In this document: one piece after another, positions 1 through 9,117 of the stretch | Layout of the letters: each line of letters begins with the position of its first letter | How positions within the stretch are numbered: position 1 is the stretch's first letter | NCBI GenBank assembly: GCA_036338695.1 | Contig: JAYZBQ010000019.1 | Span: forward strand, 1-38,833 | Direction of reading: 5' to 3' | DNA length: 38,833 nucleotides | From: Myxococcota bacterium | GTDB lineage: Bacteria > Myxococcota > UBA4151 | Program-made: the position numbers and the translations under genes | The notes under the pieces: model-generated | The model's input: only the letters and a program-made list of their open reading frames with translations | The model's database searches: none | Told to the model about the DNA's origin: nothing

Positions 1-2373
1 ACGGGCAGCGAAGAGTGCGACGACGGCAACCAGGTCAACGACGACAACTGCACCAACGAGTGCCGCTCGGCGCGCTGCGGTGACGGCATCCGCCAAGGCA
101 CTGAGCAGTGCGATGACGGCAACGAGGTCAACGACGACAGCTGCTCGAACACCTGCCGCTCGCAGGCTGTTCAGATGGCGACCGGTTACTACCACACCTG
201 CTTCGTGAAGGCCGGGCGCGTGTACTGCTCGGGCTACGGCACCTACGGTCAGATGGGCAACGGCACGAACACGTCCACCAACACCAGCCTGCAGACGGTC
301 CGGAACTTAACGAATGTGACGGGTATCGCGTCAGGGAACTACCACAACTGCGCCGTCAAGTCGGACGGGACGGTCTGGTGTTGGGGCTACAACAGGCAAG
401 GGCAGCTCGGCGATGGCTCGACCAGCAACCGCAACACGCCAGTTCAGGTACGTGGGATCACGGACGCCAGCAAGATCACGGCCGGTGCCTACCACAGCTG
501 CGCGCTGCGACGGGGCGGGACTATGAAGTGCTGGGGTTACAACCCCTTCGGTCAGCTCGGGGATGGATCGGGCTCACAGCGGAACACGCCGGTGGACGTG
601 CGCGGGATCAGCAACGCCACCCAGATCAGCTCAGGGTACTACCACACCTGTGCGCGGCTCTCGAACAGCCAGTTCAAGTGCTGGGGCTATGGGTGGTACC
701 ATAACGTGACCAACACCTCGAACCGCAGCTCGTCCTACCGCACGCCGGTGACCGTCAGCGGCGCCACGGGTGAGGAGATCAACGCCCACGCCTGGGGCGC
801 CTGCTACCGGCGCAGCAACGGCACCGTCGGCTGCTTCGGCTACGGCTGTCACGGGCAGATGGGGAACGGTCAGGCCAGCTGCTACAACTACGGCAACCGC
901 ACGGTCAGCGGGATCAGCAACGCCGTCCAGCTCGGCGGCGGCTACTACCACGTCTGCGCCCGGCTCCAGACCGGCCAGATCAAATGCTGGGGCTACAACG
1001 CGCAAGGTCAGCTCGGCGACGGCTCGACGTCAAACCGCAGCACGCCCGTGACGGTTCAGGGGATCAGCAACAGCCTGTTTATCTCGGACGGCCCGAGCTC
1101 CTGGCACACCTGCTCATCGAACAGCGACGGCACGACCAAATGTTGGGGTCGAGGCTCTTTTGGGGCCATCGGTACCGGCAACACCTCAAACCAGAACACG
1201 CCGCAGACCTTGGGCGGTGTCCTCGCCGCCAACAACGGTGGCGGTGGCGGCGGCGGCGGCGGCAACGCCAACCTGAACGCCGACTTGGGCACCATCGCCC
1301 ACTGCGGTTACGGTCAAGCTCGTCGCAGCCCAGGCGCTCGCTTAGAGCGTGTGGGGATCTACAACTCGCGCAACCAGCCCTTGCAGCGCCACAACGGGCA
1401 CACCAATTGGGACAGCTTCTGCCGGGCGAACGGCTGGGAGGCCTCAAACTCGGGGCGCGGTAACTGGAACCACGACTGTACCCGGGTGATGACCTACTGG
1501 AGCCAGGGCAACGTGATCGATGGTCGAGGCGGCCACCGATCCACGAACTACCCGCCCAACCGTGGCGCTGGGAGCCACATCTACATGACCTGTATCGGTG
1601 GTCAGGATAACCTCAACACAGGCGCCGGGCGCCTGAACACGGGGCGACGTCACCGGCTCTCGACCCAATTCTCAGGCGGGCACTCGAACTTCCACCCGCA
1701 GGGCATGTGTTACGACAACACCCGCAATCACCTCGTGTTCGCTCACCAGGGCAGCCGCCGAGCGCTCACACGCGCCAACGTCAGCGGCACGCCGATCCGG
1801 GAGCTCAACCGCATCTCGACCGGGCTGCACCACACCACCTCCGTGGCATGTGACAGCAACCAGTTCTATCTGGCTGACTACACCGGAAACGCCTCGTATC
1901 AGGACATGTACACGCTGTCGCTCACTGGCTCACGGCGTAACTTCTGGAGTGCGCGTGCTGGCTACGGCGGCTTCCCGATCGCTGTGTATGGCAACGACAT
2001 GTACCGCACTGCGCTCTCCAACACGTACAACTGGAACAACCTGACGCGCATCTACCGCACGGACAAGTCGAACCCGAGCACGGTGCGTAACAGCTTCGCG
2101 ACGCCAGGCCCTGTCGGTGATATGTGTCACGACGGCACTCGTATCTGGGCGCTGCGCTATGTGCACAACCGTGAGTCGAATCAGATCTCGTTGTGGGGCT
2201 TCAACCCGTCCAACGGGAGCCGCACGCAGACCTACAACAACATCACGACCTGTACGCGGGGACAACCTAAAGGCTTGGGCTGTCACCGCAGCGCCAACAA
2301 GCTGTACGTCTGGTGTTACGAGGAGAACAGCGGCACGGAAGGCGAGATCGTCGAGTTCAACATCGGTCGGTAA
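1..2373 (+). CDS. Large extracellular multidomain protein, 5'-truncated: Myxococcus Cys-rich (DUF4215-like) repeats + RCC1/BLIP-II repeats + Gly9 linker + unknown Cys domain + probable C-terminal beta-propeller
   Basis: Frame is open from base 1 (TGSEECDDGNQVNDDNCTNECRSARCGDG..EQCDDGNEVNDDSCSNTC), so ATG 175 is internal. Repeated CWGYNxxGQLGDG / GyyHxCA RCC1 units; GGT/GGC run at 1237-1263. Confidence 0.85.
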   Translation, partial: TGSEECDDGNQVNDDNCTNECRSARCGDGIRQGTEQCDDGNEVNDDSCSNTCRSQAVQMATGYYHTCFVKAGRVYCSGYGTYGQMGNGTNTSTNTSLQTVRNLTNVTGIASGNYHNCAVKSDGTVWCWGYNRQGQLGDGSTSNRNTPVQVRGITDASKITAGAYHSCALRRGGTMKCWGYNPFGQLGDGSGSQRNTPVDVRGISNATQISSGYYHTCARLSNSQFKCWGYGWYHNVTNTSNRSSSYRTPVTVSGATGEEINAHAWGACYRRSNGTVGCFGYGCHGQMGNGQASCYNYGNRTVSGISNAVQLGGGYYHVCARLQTGQIKCWGYNAQGQLGDGSTSNRSTPVTVQGISNSLFISDGPSSWHTCSSNSDGTTKCWGRGSFGAIGTGNTSNQNTPQTLGGVLAANNGGGGGGGGGNANLNADLGTIAHCGYGQARRSPGARLERVGIYNSRNQPLQRHNGHTNWDSFCRANGWEASNSGRGNWNHDCTRVMTYWSQGNVIDGRGGHRSTNYPPNRGAGSHIYMTCIGGQDNLNTGAGRLNTGRRHRLSTQFSGGHSNFHPQGMCYDNTRNHLVFAHQGSRRALTRANVSGTPIRELNRISTGLHHTTSVACDSNQFYLADYTGNASYQDMYTLSLTGSRRNFWSARAGYGGFPIAVYGNDMYRTALSNTYNWNNLTRIYRTDKSNPSTVRNSFATPGPVGDMCHDGTRIWALRYVHNRESNQISLWGFNPSNGSRTQTYNNITTCTRGQPKGLGCHRSANKLYVWCYEENSGTEGEIVEFNIGR

Positions 2374-2391
2374 TCCACCGTGTGAGCGCTT

Positions 2392-2429
2392 AGGTCAGGC
2401 GGGGCTTCGGCTCCGCCTGATCTTTTTTT
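2392..2429 (+). terminator. Intrinsic terminator
   Basis: AGGTCAGGCGGGGC-TTCG-GCTCCGCCTGATCT stem with a C(UUCG)G loop, followed by a T tract, about 20 nt after the stop at 2373. Confidence 0.9.
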
Positions 2430-3015
2430 ATCGGGTCTCTTTGCCCGTTAAGCGCTTGCGAAAGGAGCGAAGCATCCCTGGGATGGCTCGACCATTCGCC
2501 GATCGGAGCAAGCTGTTCGGCAGCGAGAGGTCGGGTACGGCGTGCAGCACGTACTCGACGAGCGTCACGTTGGGGTTCCCCTTGTACGGGGTCAAACGCC
2601 AGCGACCAACGTTGCGCTTGTAATCCCCTGAAACCAGCGTCCAGGCGCGGCCCCAAGCGGGCGGGCCGACCGTGTGGACCCCTCGGGTCACCGAATTGAG
2701 GGTCCCGAGGAACATCGGCAGCTTGATCTGGACCTTGCACACGACCTCGCGCCCTTTGCGGCTCAATTCTCGACTGAGCGGCATGCGCGGCATGATCTTT
2801 TTGTAGTCACCGCATCGATCGATGAGCGCAAACATCTTCTGCGGCGGCGCATCGATGAGAATGTACGCTCTGACACGCGGCACCGGAGCGCCCTTGACCG
2901 GCTCGACACGCTTGATGACCTCGCCTCGCTCGAGCGGCTTGAGATCACTCGGTTTCGGCGGAAGCGAGGCAGGCGGTGTGTTCAATGCGGCGAGAAAGCT
3001 CCATGCCCAGATCAT
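2428..3015 (-). CDS. SRPBCC/START (polyketide cyclase-like) domain protein, probably exported
   Basis: IDAPPQKMFALIDRCGDYKKIMP..WTLVSGDYKRNVGRWRL..TLVEY..LPNSLL helix-grip pattern. Start placed at ATG 3015 (TGATG overlap with the upstream stop). Hydrophobic, then Pro-rich N-terminus. Confidence 0.7.
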   Translation of the reverse strand: MIWAWSFLAALNTPPASLPPKPSDLKPLERGEVIKRVEPVKGAPVPRVRAYILIDAPPQKMFALIDRCGDYKKIMPRMPLSRELSRKGREVVCKVQIKLPMFLGTLNSVTRGVHTVGPPAWGRAWTLVSGDYKRNVGRWRLTPYKGNPNVTLVEYVLHAVPDLSLPNSLLRSANGRAIPGMLRSFRKRLTGKETR

Positions 3016-3749
3016 CACAGAGCCTCCAAGGTCTTGCGGCATTGACCCAACTTGAGCTGCACCAAGTCCCGACGCCAGACCTTCCAGTCCGGCTCAGCTC
3101 GTGGCTGCGCCTTGACCTTCAAGGCGCGCGCCACCGTGGCGCATGCCGCTGCGTGTTTCTTGAGCCCGATCTGCGCCTCAGCCAGATAGAACCATCCGCG
3201 CAGGTTGCTCGGCGAGCGCCGGGTCCCGTCTTGAAGGTATCTAAGCGCTTTGGCGCCGTCGTACTTCGGCCACGGCAGCGAGTGAAAGAATCGGCCCCAC
3301 ATACGCAGCACGCCATGATCATCGTAGCCGGCAGCGAGCGCTTGCGCCTTTTTCATGCTGCGGCGGAGCTTCCCCTCGGCGCCCTTCCACAACGCCTTCG
3401 GGATTGAGATCCCCAAGCTCCACTGCCCCACCGCCCAGGCGTGATAGTAGTGCCCCTCGACGCGCTCGGGCTTGAGCTTAATGGCGGTCTGCGCGTGGCG
3501 CATCGCTTGTTGACCGAGGCGCGCTTTGTAAGCGCCGTCTTGATGATACGGCTTGCGCTCGGACAGCCAGACGTAGGCGCGCGCCAGCCGCCAGGCCGCC
3601 TCAAACTGCTTGGCGTGTGGCTTGAGTCGGTCGATCACCTTCTGCGCGTTGGCTCGATAATTGGCGGGGGTGCGATCACGCCAGAGGGTGTCCACCTCAG
3701 CGAGAACAGGCGCCGGCGTCGCGGCCAGAAGGAGTGTGAGCGCGACCAT
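3015..3749 (-). CDS. Secreted TPR-like protein (TatT/BstC/RMDN-like pattern)
   Basis: Signal peptide MVALTLLLAATPAPVLA; TPR-like helices AWRLARAYVW, AIKLKPERVEGHYYHA, GYDDHGVLRMWGRFF..LPWP, SPSNLRGWFYLAEA; GGGGGA RBS. Confidence 0.7.
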   Translation of the reverse strand: MVALTLLLAATPAPVLAEVDTLWRDRTPANYRANAQKVIDRLKPHAKQFEAAWRLARAYVWLSERKPYHQDGAYKARLGQQAMRHAQTAIKLKPERVEGHYYHAWAVGQWSLGISIPKALWKGAEGKLRRSMKKAQALAAGYDDHGVLRMWGRFFHSLPWPKYDGAKALRYLQDGTRRSPSNLRGWFYLAEAQIGLKKHAAACATVARALKVKAQPRAEPDWKVWRRDLVQLKLGQCRKTLEAL

Positions 3750-3799
3750 CGAGTCCCCCCTAAGCTTGTGAGGACCCTAACAAACTCGACCTGCTCGAG

Positions 3800-5236
3800 C
3801 TATACGGAGAGTTCCCCCACGCTGGTCAGCCGCTCTTGATACGCGCTCAGCGCCGGCTCAAGCTCTTGCGCCAGGAAGGCCCTAACCTGCTGCTCCGAAC
3901 GCCCTGTAAAGGTGCTCGGATCGAGCAGGTCATCAAGGTCTGCATGCACAGGCGCAAAGAACGCATCCTTGCGGATACGCTCGATGAGATCATTGTCCAG
4001 CCCGCGCTGCTTGACCTGCGCCGCCGCCTCTTGGCTGTGCACGCGAATGACCTCATGCACCTCCTGACGATCCGCCCCGCGCTGCACCATCGCCATGATC
4101 ACGTTCTCGGTGGCCATAAAGGGGAGCTCGCTGGCGATGCGGCGAGCGATCACCGCCTCATACACCACCAAGCCGTCCACGATGTTGTGCAAGATCGAGA
4201 GCACCGAGTCGGCGGTCAAGAAGGCTTCGGCGAGCACGAGTCGCCGGTTCGCCGAGTCGTCGAGCGTCCGCTCCATCCACTGAACGGCGGCCGTCTGCGC
4301 TGCGTTCGCCGGCAGATTCATGAGAAAGCGCGCCAGGCTGCAGACACGCTCGGAGCGCATGGGGTTGCGCTTATACGCCATCGCTGACGAGCCGATCTGC
4401 TGCTTTCCAAAGGGCTCTTCAAGCTCTTTGAGGTTGGCGAGCAGCCGAATGTCCGTCGCCATTTTATGCGCCGTGACGCCGAGCGAGGCGAGCGCAGAGA
4501 GGACGTCGAAGTCGACCTTACGGCTATAGGTCTGACCGCAGACGATCAGCCTTCGCTCAAAACCCATCGCGCGGCTGACGCGCTCATCGAGCGCCTCAAC
4601 GGGTGCGTGATCACCATCGAACAAGGCGAGAAAGGAGGCCTGTGTCCCGGTCGTTCCCTTCACACCCCGAAATCGCAGGTCGCTCTGTGCGCGCTCGAGC
4701 TGCCGCAGATCGGTGAGGAGGTCGGAGAGCCACAGGCAGGCCCGCTTCCCCACCGTCGTCAGCTGAGCTGGCTGATAGTGGGTGAACCCAAGCGTAGGGA
4801 GCGCAGCATAACGCGCCGCAAATCGCCCGAGCGCGTCGATCACCGAGGCGAGCTTGGGGCGCAAGATCTCAAGCCCGTCGCGCAGTTGGATCAGCTCGGT
4901 GTTGTCCCCAACAAAACAGCTGGTCGCGCCGAGGTGAATGATCGGCTTGGCGGTGGGACACAGGTCGCCAAAGTGATGGACGTGCGCCATCACGTCGTGG
5001 CGGAATTGTTTCTCGTAACGCGCAGCGGCGGCGAGGTCGAGCTCATCGATCTGCGCCTTCATCTCATCGATCTGATCGGAGGTCACCGAGAGACCGAGGT
5101 CGCGCTGAGCCTCAGCGAGCGCAATCCAGAGGCGGCGCCACGTCGTGAACTTATGCCGCGCCGAGAAAACATAGCTCATCTCCGGTGAGGCGTAACGGTC
5201 GGCTAACGGGCTCGAGTATCGATCATCTGCGGTCAT
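3800..5236 (-). CDS. purB: Adenylosuccinate lyase (eukaryote-like clade)
   Basis: [22 protein letters not shown], fumarase-superfamily signature [19 protein letters not shown]. Confidence 0.97.
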   Translation of the reverse strand: MTADDRYSSPLADRYASPEMSYVFSARHKFTTWRRLWIALAEAQRDLGLSVTSDQIDEMKAQIDELDLAAAARYEKQFRHDVMAHVHHFGDLCPTAKPIIHLGATSCFVGDNTELIQLRDGLEILRPKLASVIDALGRFAARYAALPTLGFTHYQPAQLTTVGKRACLWLSDLLTDLRQLERAQSDLRFRGVKGTTGTQASFLALFDGDHAPVEALDERVSRAMGFERRLIVCGQTYSRKVDFDVLSALASLGVTAHKMATDIRLLANLKELEEPFGKQQIGSSAMAYKRNPMRSERVCSLARFLMNLPANAAQTAAVQWMERTLDDSANRRLVLAEAFLTADSVLSILHNIVDGLVVYEAVIARRIASELPFMATENVIMAMVQRGADRQEVHEVIRVHSQEAAAQVKQRGLDNDLIERIRKDAFFAPVHADLDDLLDPSTFTGRSEQQVRAFLAQELEPALSAYQERLTSVGELSV

Positions 5237-5337
5237 CGGGATTACCTTTGGTTTCGAGGCGTTGGTTCTCTGCCTTTGCCGTTCTCGCCTTGCAAGGTGG
5301 AAGCGCTGCGGGGATAAGGGCTCAAGGAGATCCGCTG

Positions 5338-6099
5338 ATGACCGATACGTCCGTACGCGACGTGGTACGACACGAAAGAGTCTACGCCATCTTGCTGTCT
5401 GTTTTTGTGGTTATTTTGGTGTTGACCAACATTATCGGCGTCAAGCTGTTCCTCGCCTTCCCGAGCGTCCTCGGCACCGCCTGCTTTGGCGCCGCGTGCA
5501 CCCTCACGAGCGGGATCATCACCTACCCGATCACCTTCTTGATCACCGACACCGTCTCCGAGCTTTACGGCCGCAAGCGAGCTGATTTCATGGTCTTTAT
5601 CGGTTTTGCGATGTCCATCGTGATGGTCGTCTTGGTGCAAGCCGTCTTAGCGCTCCCCGGCTCGCCCGCCTGGGTGAACAAAGACCTAGGGTATACGGAC
5701 GTCGCCGGGATGCAAAACGCCTTCGAGTCGGTCTTTACGCTCCCCGGAACGCTCGTCTTTGGATCCATGACGGCGTACCTGTGCGCCCAACTCCTCGACA
5801 ACAGGATGTTTCACTACTGGCGCCGGCGAACCAAAGGGCGTCACCTCTGGCTCCGCAACAACGCCTCAACCATGGTGTCTCAAGCCGCTGATACCGTCAT
5901 CGTCAACACCATCTTCCTCAAGTTTGGGCTCGGCCTCGACTGGCCGGTGGTGGGTCAGATCATGTTCGGAGTCTACATCTTCAAGCTGCTGATCGCGGCC
6001 ATCGATACGCCGCTCGTTTACCTCCTCGTTGCGCGTTTGCGTGATTACCTTAGCCTCCCCTCAGCGGAGGCAGAATTCGAACCCAAGGAAGCCTCATGA
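5338..6099 (+). CDS. yhhQ: Queuosine precursor (preQ0/preQ1) transporter family, YhhQ/VUT
   Basis: [59 protein letters not shown] motifs; AAGGAG RBS before ATG 5338. Confidence 0.9.
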   Translation: MTDTSVRDVVRHERVYAILLSVFVVILVLTNIIGVKLFLAFPSVLGTACFGAACTLTSGIITYPITFLITDTVSELYGRKRADFMVFIGFAMSIVMVVLVQAVLALPGSPAWVNKDLGYTDVAGMQNAFESVFTLPGTLVFGSMTAYLCAQLLDNRMFHYWRRRTKGRHLWLRNNASTMVSQAADTVIVNTIFLKFGLGLDWPVVGQIMFGVYIFKLLIAAIDTPLVYLLVARLRDYLSLPSAEAEFEPKEAS

Positions 6100-6455
6100 G
6101 TCGAGACAAAGTCCTCATCCACGGCCTCAGCGTTGACTGCGTTGTCGGGATCCTCCCCGAGGAGCGCACCCGCACCCAAGCGCTCCGCCTCAACCTCGAG
6201 CTAGACGCTGATTTTAGCACGATCGAACACCCCAAAGACTACGATCACATCGTCGATTACGGCGCGATCTCACAAGAGCTCCGTACGCTCTGTCTGCAAG
6301 GCGAGTACCTCCTGCTCGAGACCCTCGCTGACGACGCCTGCGCGCTGATCTTTGAGCGCCACGCCGTCAGCGCCATTCGGCTCACGATCGAGAAGCCCGA
6401 AGCGGTCGCTGAGGCCGCCTGGGTGGGCATCCAAGTGCACCGCAAGCGCCCATGA
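6096..6455 (+). CDS. folB: Dihydroneopterin aldolase
   Basis: D-x-V-x-I..VGILPEER..Q, VDY, LLETLA, IEKPEA motifs; 119 aa; ATGA overlap with yhhQ. Confidence 0.92.
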   Translation: MSRDKVLIHGLSVDCVVGILPEERTRTQALRLNLELDADFSTIEHPKDYDHIVDYGAISQELRTLCLQGEYLLLETLADDACALIFERHAVSAIRLTIEKPEAVAEAAWVGIQVHRKRP

Positions 6456-7198
6456 CCGACCTCTCGGGGCGCTGCGCCGTCATCACCGGGTCCTTGGAGC
6501 GAACCGGCTTCGGCGTTGCGCAGGCGCTCGCTCGCTGCGGCGCCCGCGTGATCTTACACGGCCGCAAAGCCGACGAGCGGTGCCGCGTCGCTCAAGACCG
6601 CTTCGAGGCGGAGTTCGGTCAGCGCCCGCAGGTTCTGGTGGGTGACATCACCGATCCCGAGGTCTGTCAGGGGCTGGCGAGCCAGACCGAGGGCGTGGAC
6701 ATTTTGGTCAACAACGTCGGTGTTTATCGCCCAACAGAGCTCGCCCAAGCGAACGCTGAGCACTGGCGTTGGACGATCGCAGGCAACCTCGACTCAAGCT
6801 TTTACATGGCGCAAGCCTTCATGGATCAGCTGCTCGAGAGCGGTCGTGGGCGCCTGATCCAGCTGGGTTACGTCACCTGTGATCAGGTGTGCGCTCGAGC
6901 CGAATTTCCAGCCTATCAGATCGCCAAAACCGGGGTGCACATCCTCACCCTTAGTTACGCTCAGCGCTACGCCCATCGCGGCCTCACCGCCAACACCGTC
7001 AGCCCCGGGCAGCTCGCCAACAGCATCGACCTTGAGACCGCCGGGGCGCTCCCGACAGGCCGGCCGGGTGAGGTCGACGAGATCGCCGCCGCCGTGGTCT
7101 ACCTCGCCAGCTCCGAAGCTGCCTACGTCTCAGGGACCAACGTCAACGTGGCGGGGAGTTGGGCTCCAGCCAGCGCGCGTTACGAGGACGGCTTATGA
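6452..7198 (+). CDS. SDR oxidoreductase, FolM/pteridine reductase-like
   Basis: TGSLERTG matches the TGxxxRxG of PTR1/FolM; LVNNVG; YQIAK (YxxxK); NTVSPG; coupled to folB. Confidence 0.7.
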   Translation: MTDLSGRCAVITGSLERTGFGVAQALARCGARVILHGRKADERCRVAQDRFEAEFGQRPQVLVGDITDPEVCQGLASQTEGVDILVNNVGVYRPTELAQANAEHWRWTIAGNLDSSFYMAQAFMDQLLESGRGRLIQLGYVTCDQVCARAEFPAYQIAKTGVHILTLSYAQRYAHRGLTANTVSPGQLANSIDLETAGALPTGRPGEVDEIAAAVVYLASSEAAYVSGTNVNVAGSWAPASARYEDGL

Positions 7199-9117
7199 GG
7201 CTTGCGCAGGTCCTCACCCTCGGCGCAGCGTTGACCGGATGCCCTAAGACGGAGCCGGCTCCTGTGGACGCCGGACCTCAGCTTGCGTCACGCTGTCAAC
7301 CTGGCGAAGAGTGGCTGGCTGACTCGCCAGCCTTCACCAACCAGACCGCATCGTGGGGGCTCACGGCGCTCGCGGTGCGCGGCACGCGCATGACCGTGCT
7401 CGACTACAACCACGACGGCTGGCCGGACCTGCTGGTGCGGCGCGGGGCGGGTCCAGACACCTTCGAACCCGGGGGCGAGCGGCAGCGTTGGTTGCTCAAA
7501 AATACCGGCGCCGGCTCCTTCGTCGACGTCACCGAAGCGAGCGGACTCTTTACCGATCGCGCCGGCGCTGAAGGCGCACTGCGCGGCGACGTGATCGTGG
7601 CGGGCGATGTGAACAACGACGGCTTGACCGATGTGTTCATCGCCGCAGCGAGCGATGACGGCAGCGTCGCAAGCGAGCTGCGCCTGGGTACGGCAGAGGG
7701 CGGCTTTCGCTTCGCAGCCGAGACGAGCGATGCGCGGCGCGCCGGCGTCACGAGCGTACCCTCTGGGCTGAGCCTGACCGACGTCGACCGAGATGGCTAC
7801 ATCGACCTGTGGATGACGCAGAACAAAACCGGCACTCAGGCCTCACCGATGGCTGACGGGCTGTACTTTGGAGACGGGGCGGGCGGCTTCCAAGACCTGA
7901 GCGCCACGGTCGGTGTACAGACGCGGAACTGGGCGTCGGCGAGCGTGCCGCAGCTCAACAACGCCGAGGGCAATTCGTGGAGCTGGGGCGCGACAGCTTG
8001 TGATCTCGACGGCAACGGCGTGCCCGACTTGTTGTCGCCTTCTTATGGTCGGGCGCCGAACCACCTGTGGCTTGGCTCAGAGACGACCTCGTCTGTGGCC
8101 TACATCAACCACTCGGTCGCCTCCGGGTACGCTTATGACCTGGTCAGCGACTGGTCGGATAATGAGTCGGCGCGCTGTTGGTGTCAGCTCAACCCAGGTG
8201 ACGCCGGTTGCGGACCTCAGGTGCCCCAGCCCCGGATCAACTGTCAGGAAAACAGTGACGCGTTCCGCTGGCGCCATGCGACCGACCGGGAGCGCTGGCG
8301 CCTTGGCGGAAACAGCGGCGGTACGGTCTGCGGCGATGTGGACAACGACGGGCGCCTCGACCTGCTCACCAGCGAGATCGTTCACTGGGACGTAGGGCGT
8401 AACTCGGACGAAGCGGAGCTCCTGTTCAACACCGGCGAGAGCCCGCTGCGGTTCGATCGCCCAGGCAACCAAGAGACCGGCTTGGCGCGCCGAAAACCGC
8501 AAGGCACGTGGGATGAAGGCATCATCACGGGCAACCTGATCGATTTCGACAACGACGGCTGGCTCGACGTCTACTTTGGGGGGACGGACTACGCCGCCAA
8601 CCGCGGCTTGTTGTACCGGCAAGAGCGCCCGAGGAGCTTTCAAAAGGTGCCGAACAGCCTCGGCGTCGACTTCTATCGAGCGCACGGCTCGGTCGTGGCG
8701 GACTTTGACCGCGACGGTGACCTGGACCTCGTGGTCGGCCACAGCCGGATGCGCTGCGGTCAGACAGGCGAGTGCATGAGCCCGCCGATCGTCGGCTTCT
8801 TTGAGAACCAGCTCGGCGCAACGAGCAATTGGGTCCAGCTCGAGCTCGTCGGCGGTGAGCGGACCAACCGATGGGCAGTCGGCGCTCAGGTCAAGGTGAC
8901 CGCCGACGGAAGCACCCAACTGCAAGAACTTGCCGGCGGACACGGTCATTTCGGCAGCCAGAATGATCGCTTGATGCACTTTGGCTTAGGGATGGCCTGC
9001 ACGGCAGAGGTCGAGATTCGCTGGCCTGATCTCGACCTCACCACCCAGCGTATCTCGGTTCAGAGCGGCTACCGTTATCGGATCGTGCAGGGTGAGCCGC
9101 CGAGCGTCATCAACTGA
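7195..9117 (+). CDS. CRTAC1/ASPIC-UnbV family FG-GAP repeat lipoprotein
   Basis: Lipobox LTGC; repeated DxNxDGxxD (DYNHDGWPD, DVNNDGLTD, DVDRDGYID, DFDNDGWLD, DFDRDGDLD); C-terminal NRWAVGA..GSQN..HFGLG..EIRWP. Start at ATGA overlap 7195. Confidence 0.88.
   Translation: MRLAQVLTLGAALTGCPKTEPAPVDAGPQLASRCQPGEEWLADSPAFTNQTASWGLTALAVRGTRMTVLDYNHDGWPDLLVRRGAGPDTFEPGGERQRWLLKNTGAGSFVDVTEASGLFTDRAGAEGALRGDVIVAGDVNNDGLTDVFIAAASDDGSVASELRLGTAEGGFRFAAETSDARRAGVTSVPSGLSLTDVDRDGYIDLWMTQNKTGTQASPMADGLYFGDGAGGFQDLSATVGVQTRNWASASVPQLNNAEGNSWSWGATACDLDGNGVPDLLSPSYGRAPNHLWLGSETTSSVAYINHSVASGYAYDLVSDWSDNESARCWCQLNPGDAGCGPQVPQPRINCQENSDAFRWRHATDRERWRLGGNSGGTVCGDVDNDGRLDLLTSEIVHWDVGRNSDEAELLFNTGESPLRFDRPGNQETGLARRKPQGTWDEGIITGNLIDFDNDGWLDVYFGGTDYAANRGLLYRQERPRSFQKVPNSLGVDFYRAHGSVVADFDRDGDLDLVVGHSRMRCGQTGECMSPPIVGFFENQLGATSNWVQLELVGGERTNRWAVGAQVKVTADGSTQLQELAGGHGHFGSQNDRLMHFGLGMACTAEVEIRWPDLDLTTQRISVQSGYRYRIVQGEPPSVIN

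Noticed and set aside
175..1210. DNA repeats (TGCTGGGGCTACAAC..CAGCTCGGCGA) as a CRISPR array or DGR template/variable repeats
   Set aside because: They are in-frame RCC1 protein repeats; no cas or reverse transcriptase gene, and no adenine-specific mismatch pattern noticed.
5237..5337. preQ1 riboswitch expected upstream of yhhQ
   Set aside because: No GGTTC..CCC stem-loop with an A-rich AAAAAACTA tail; also none before queF, which abuts a tRNA.
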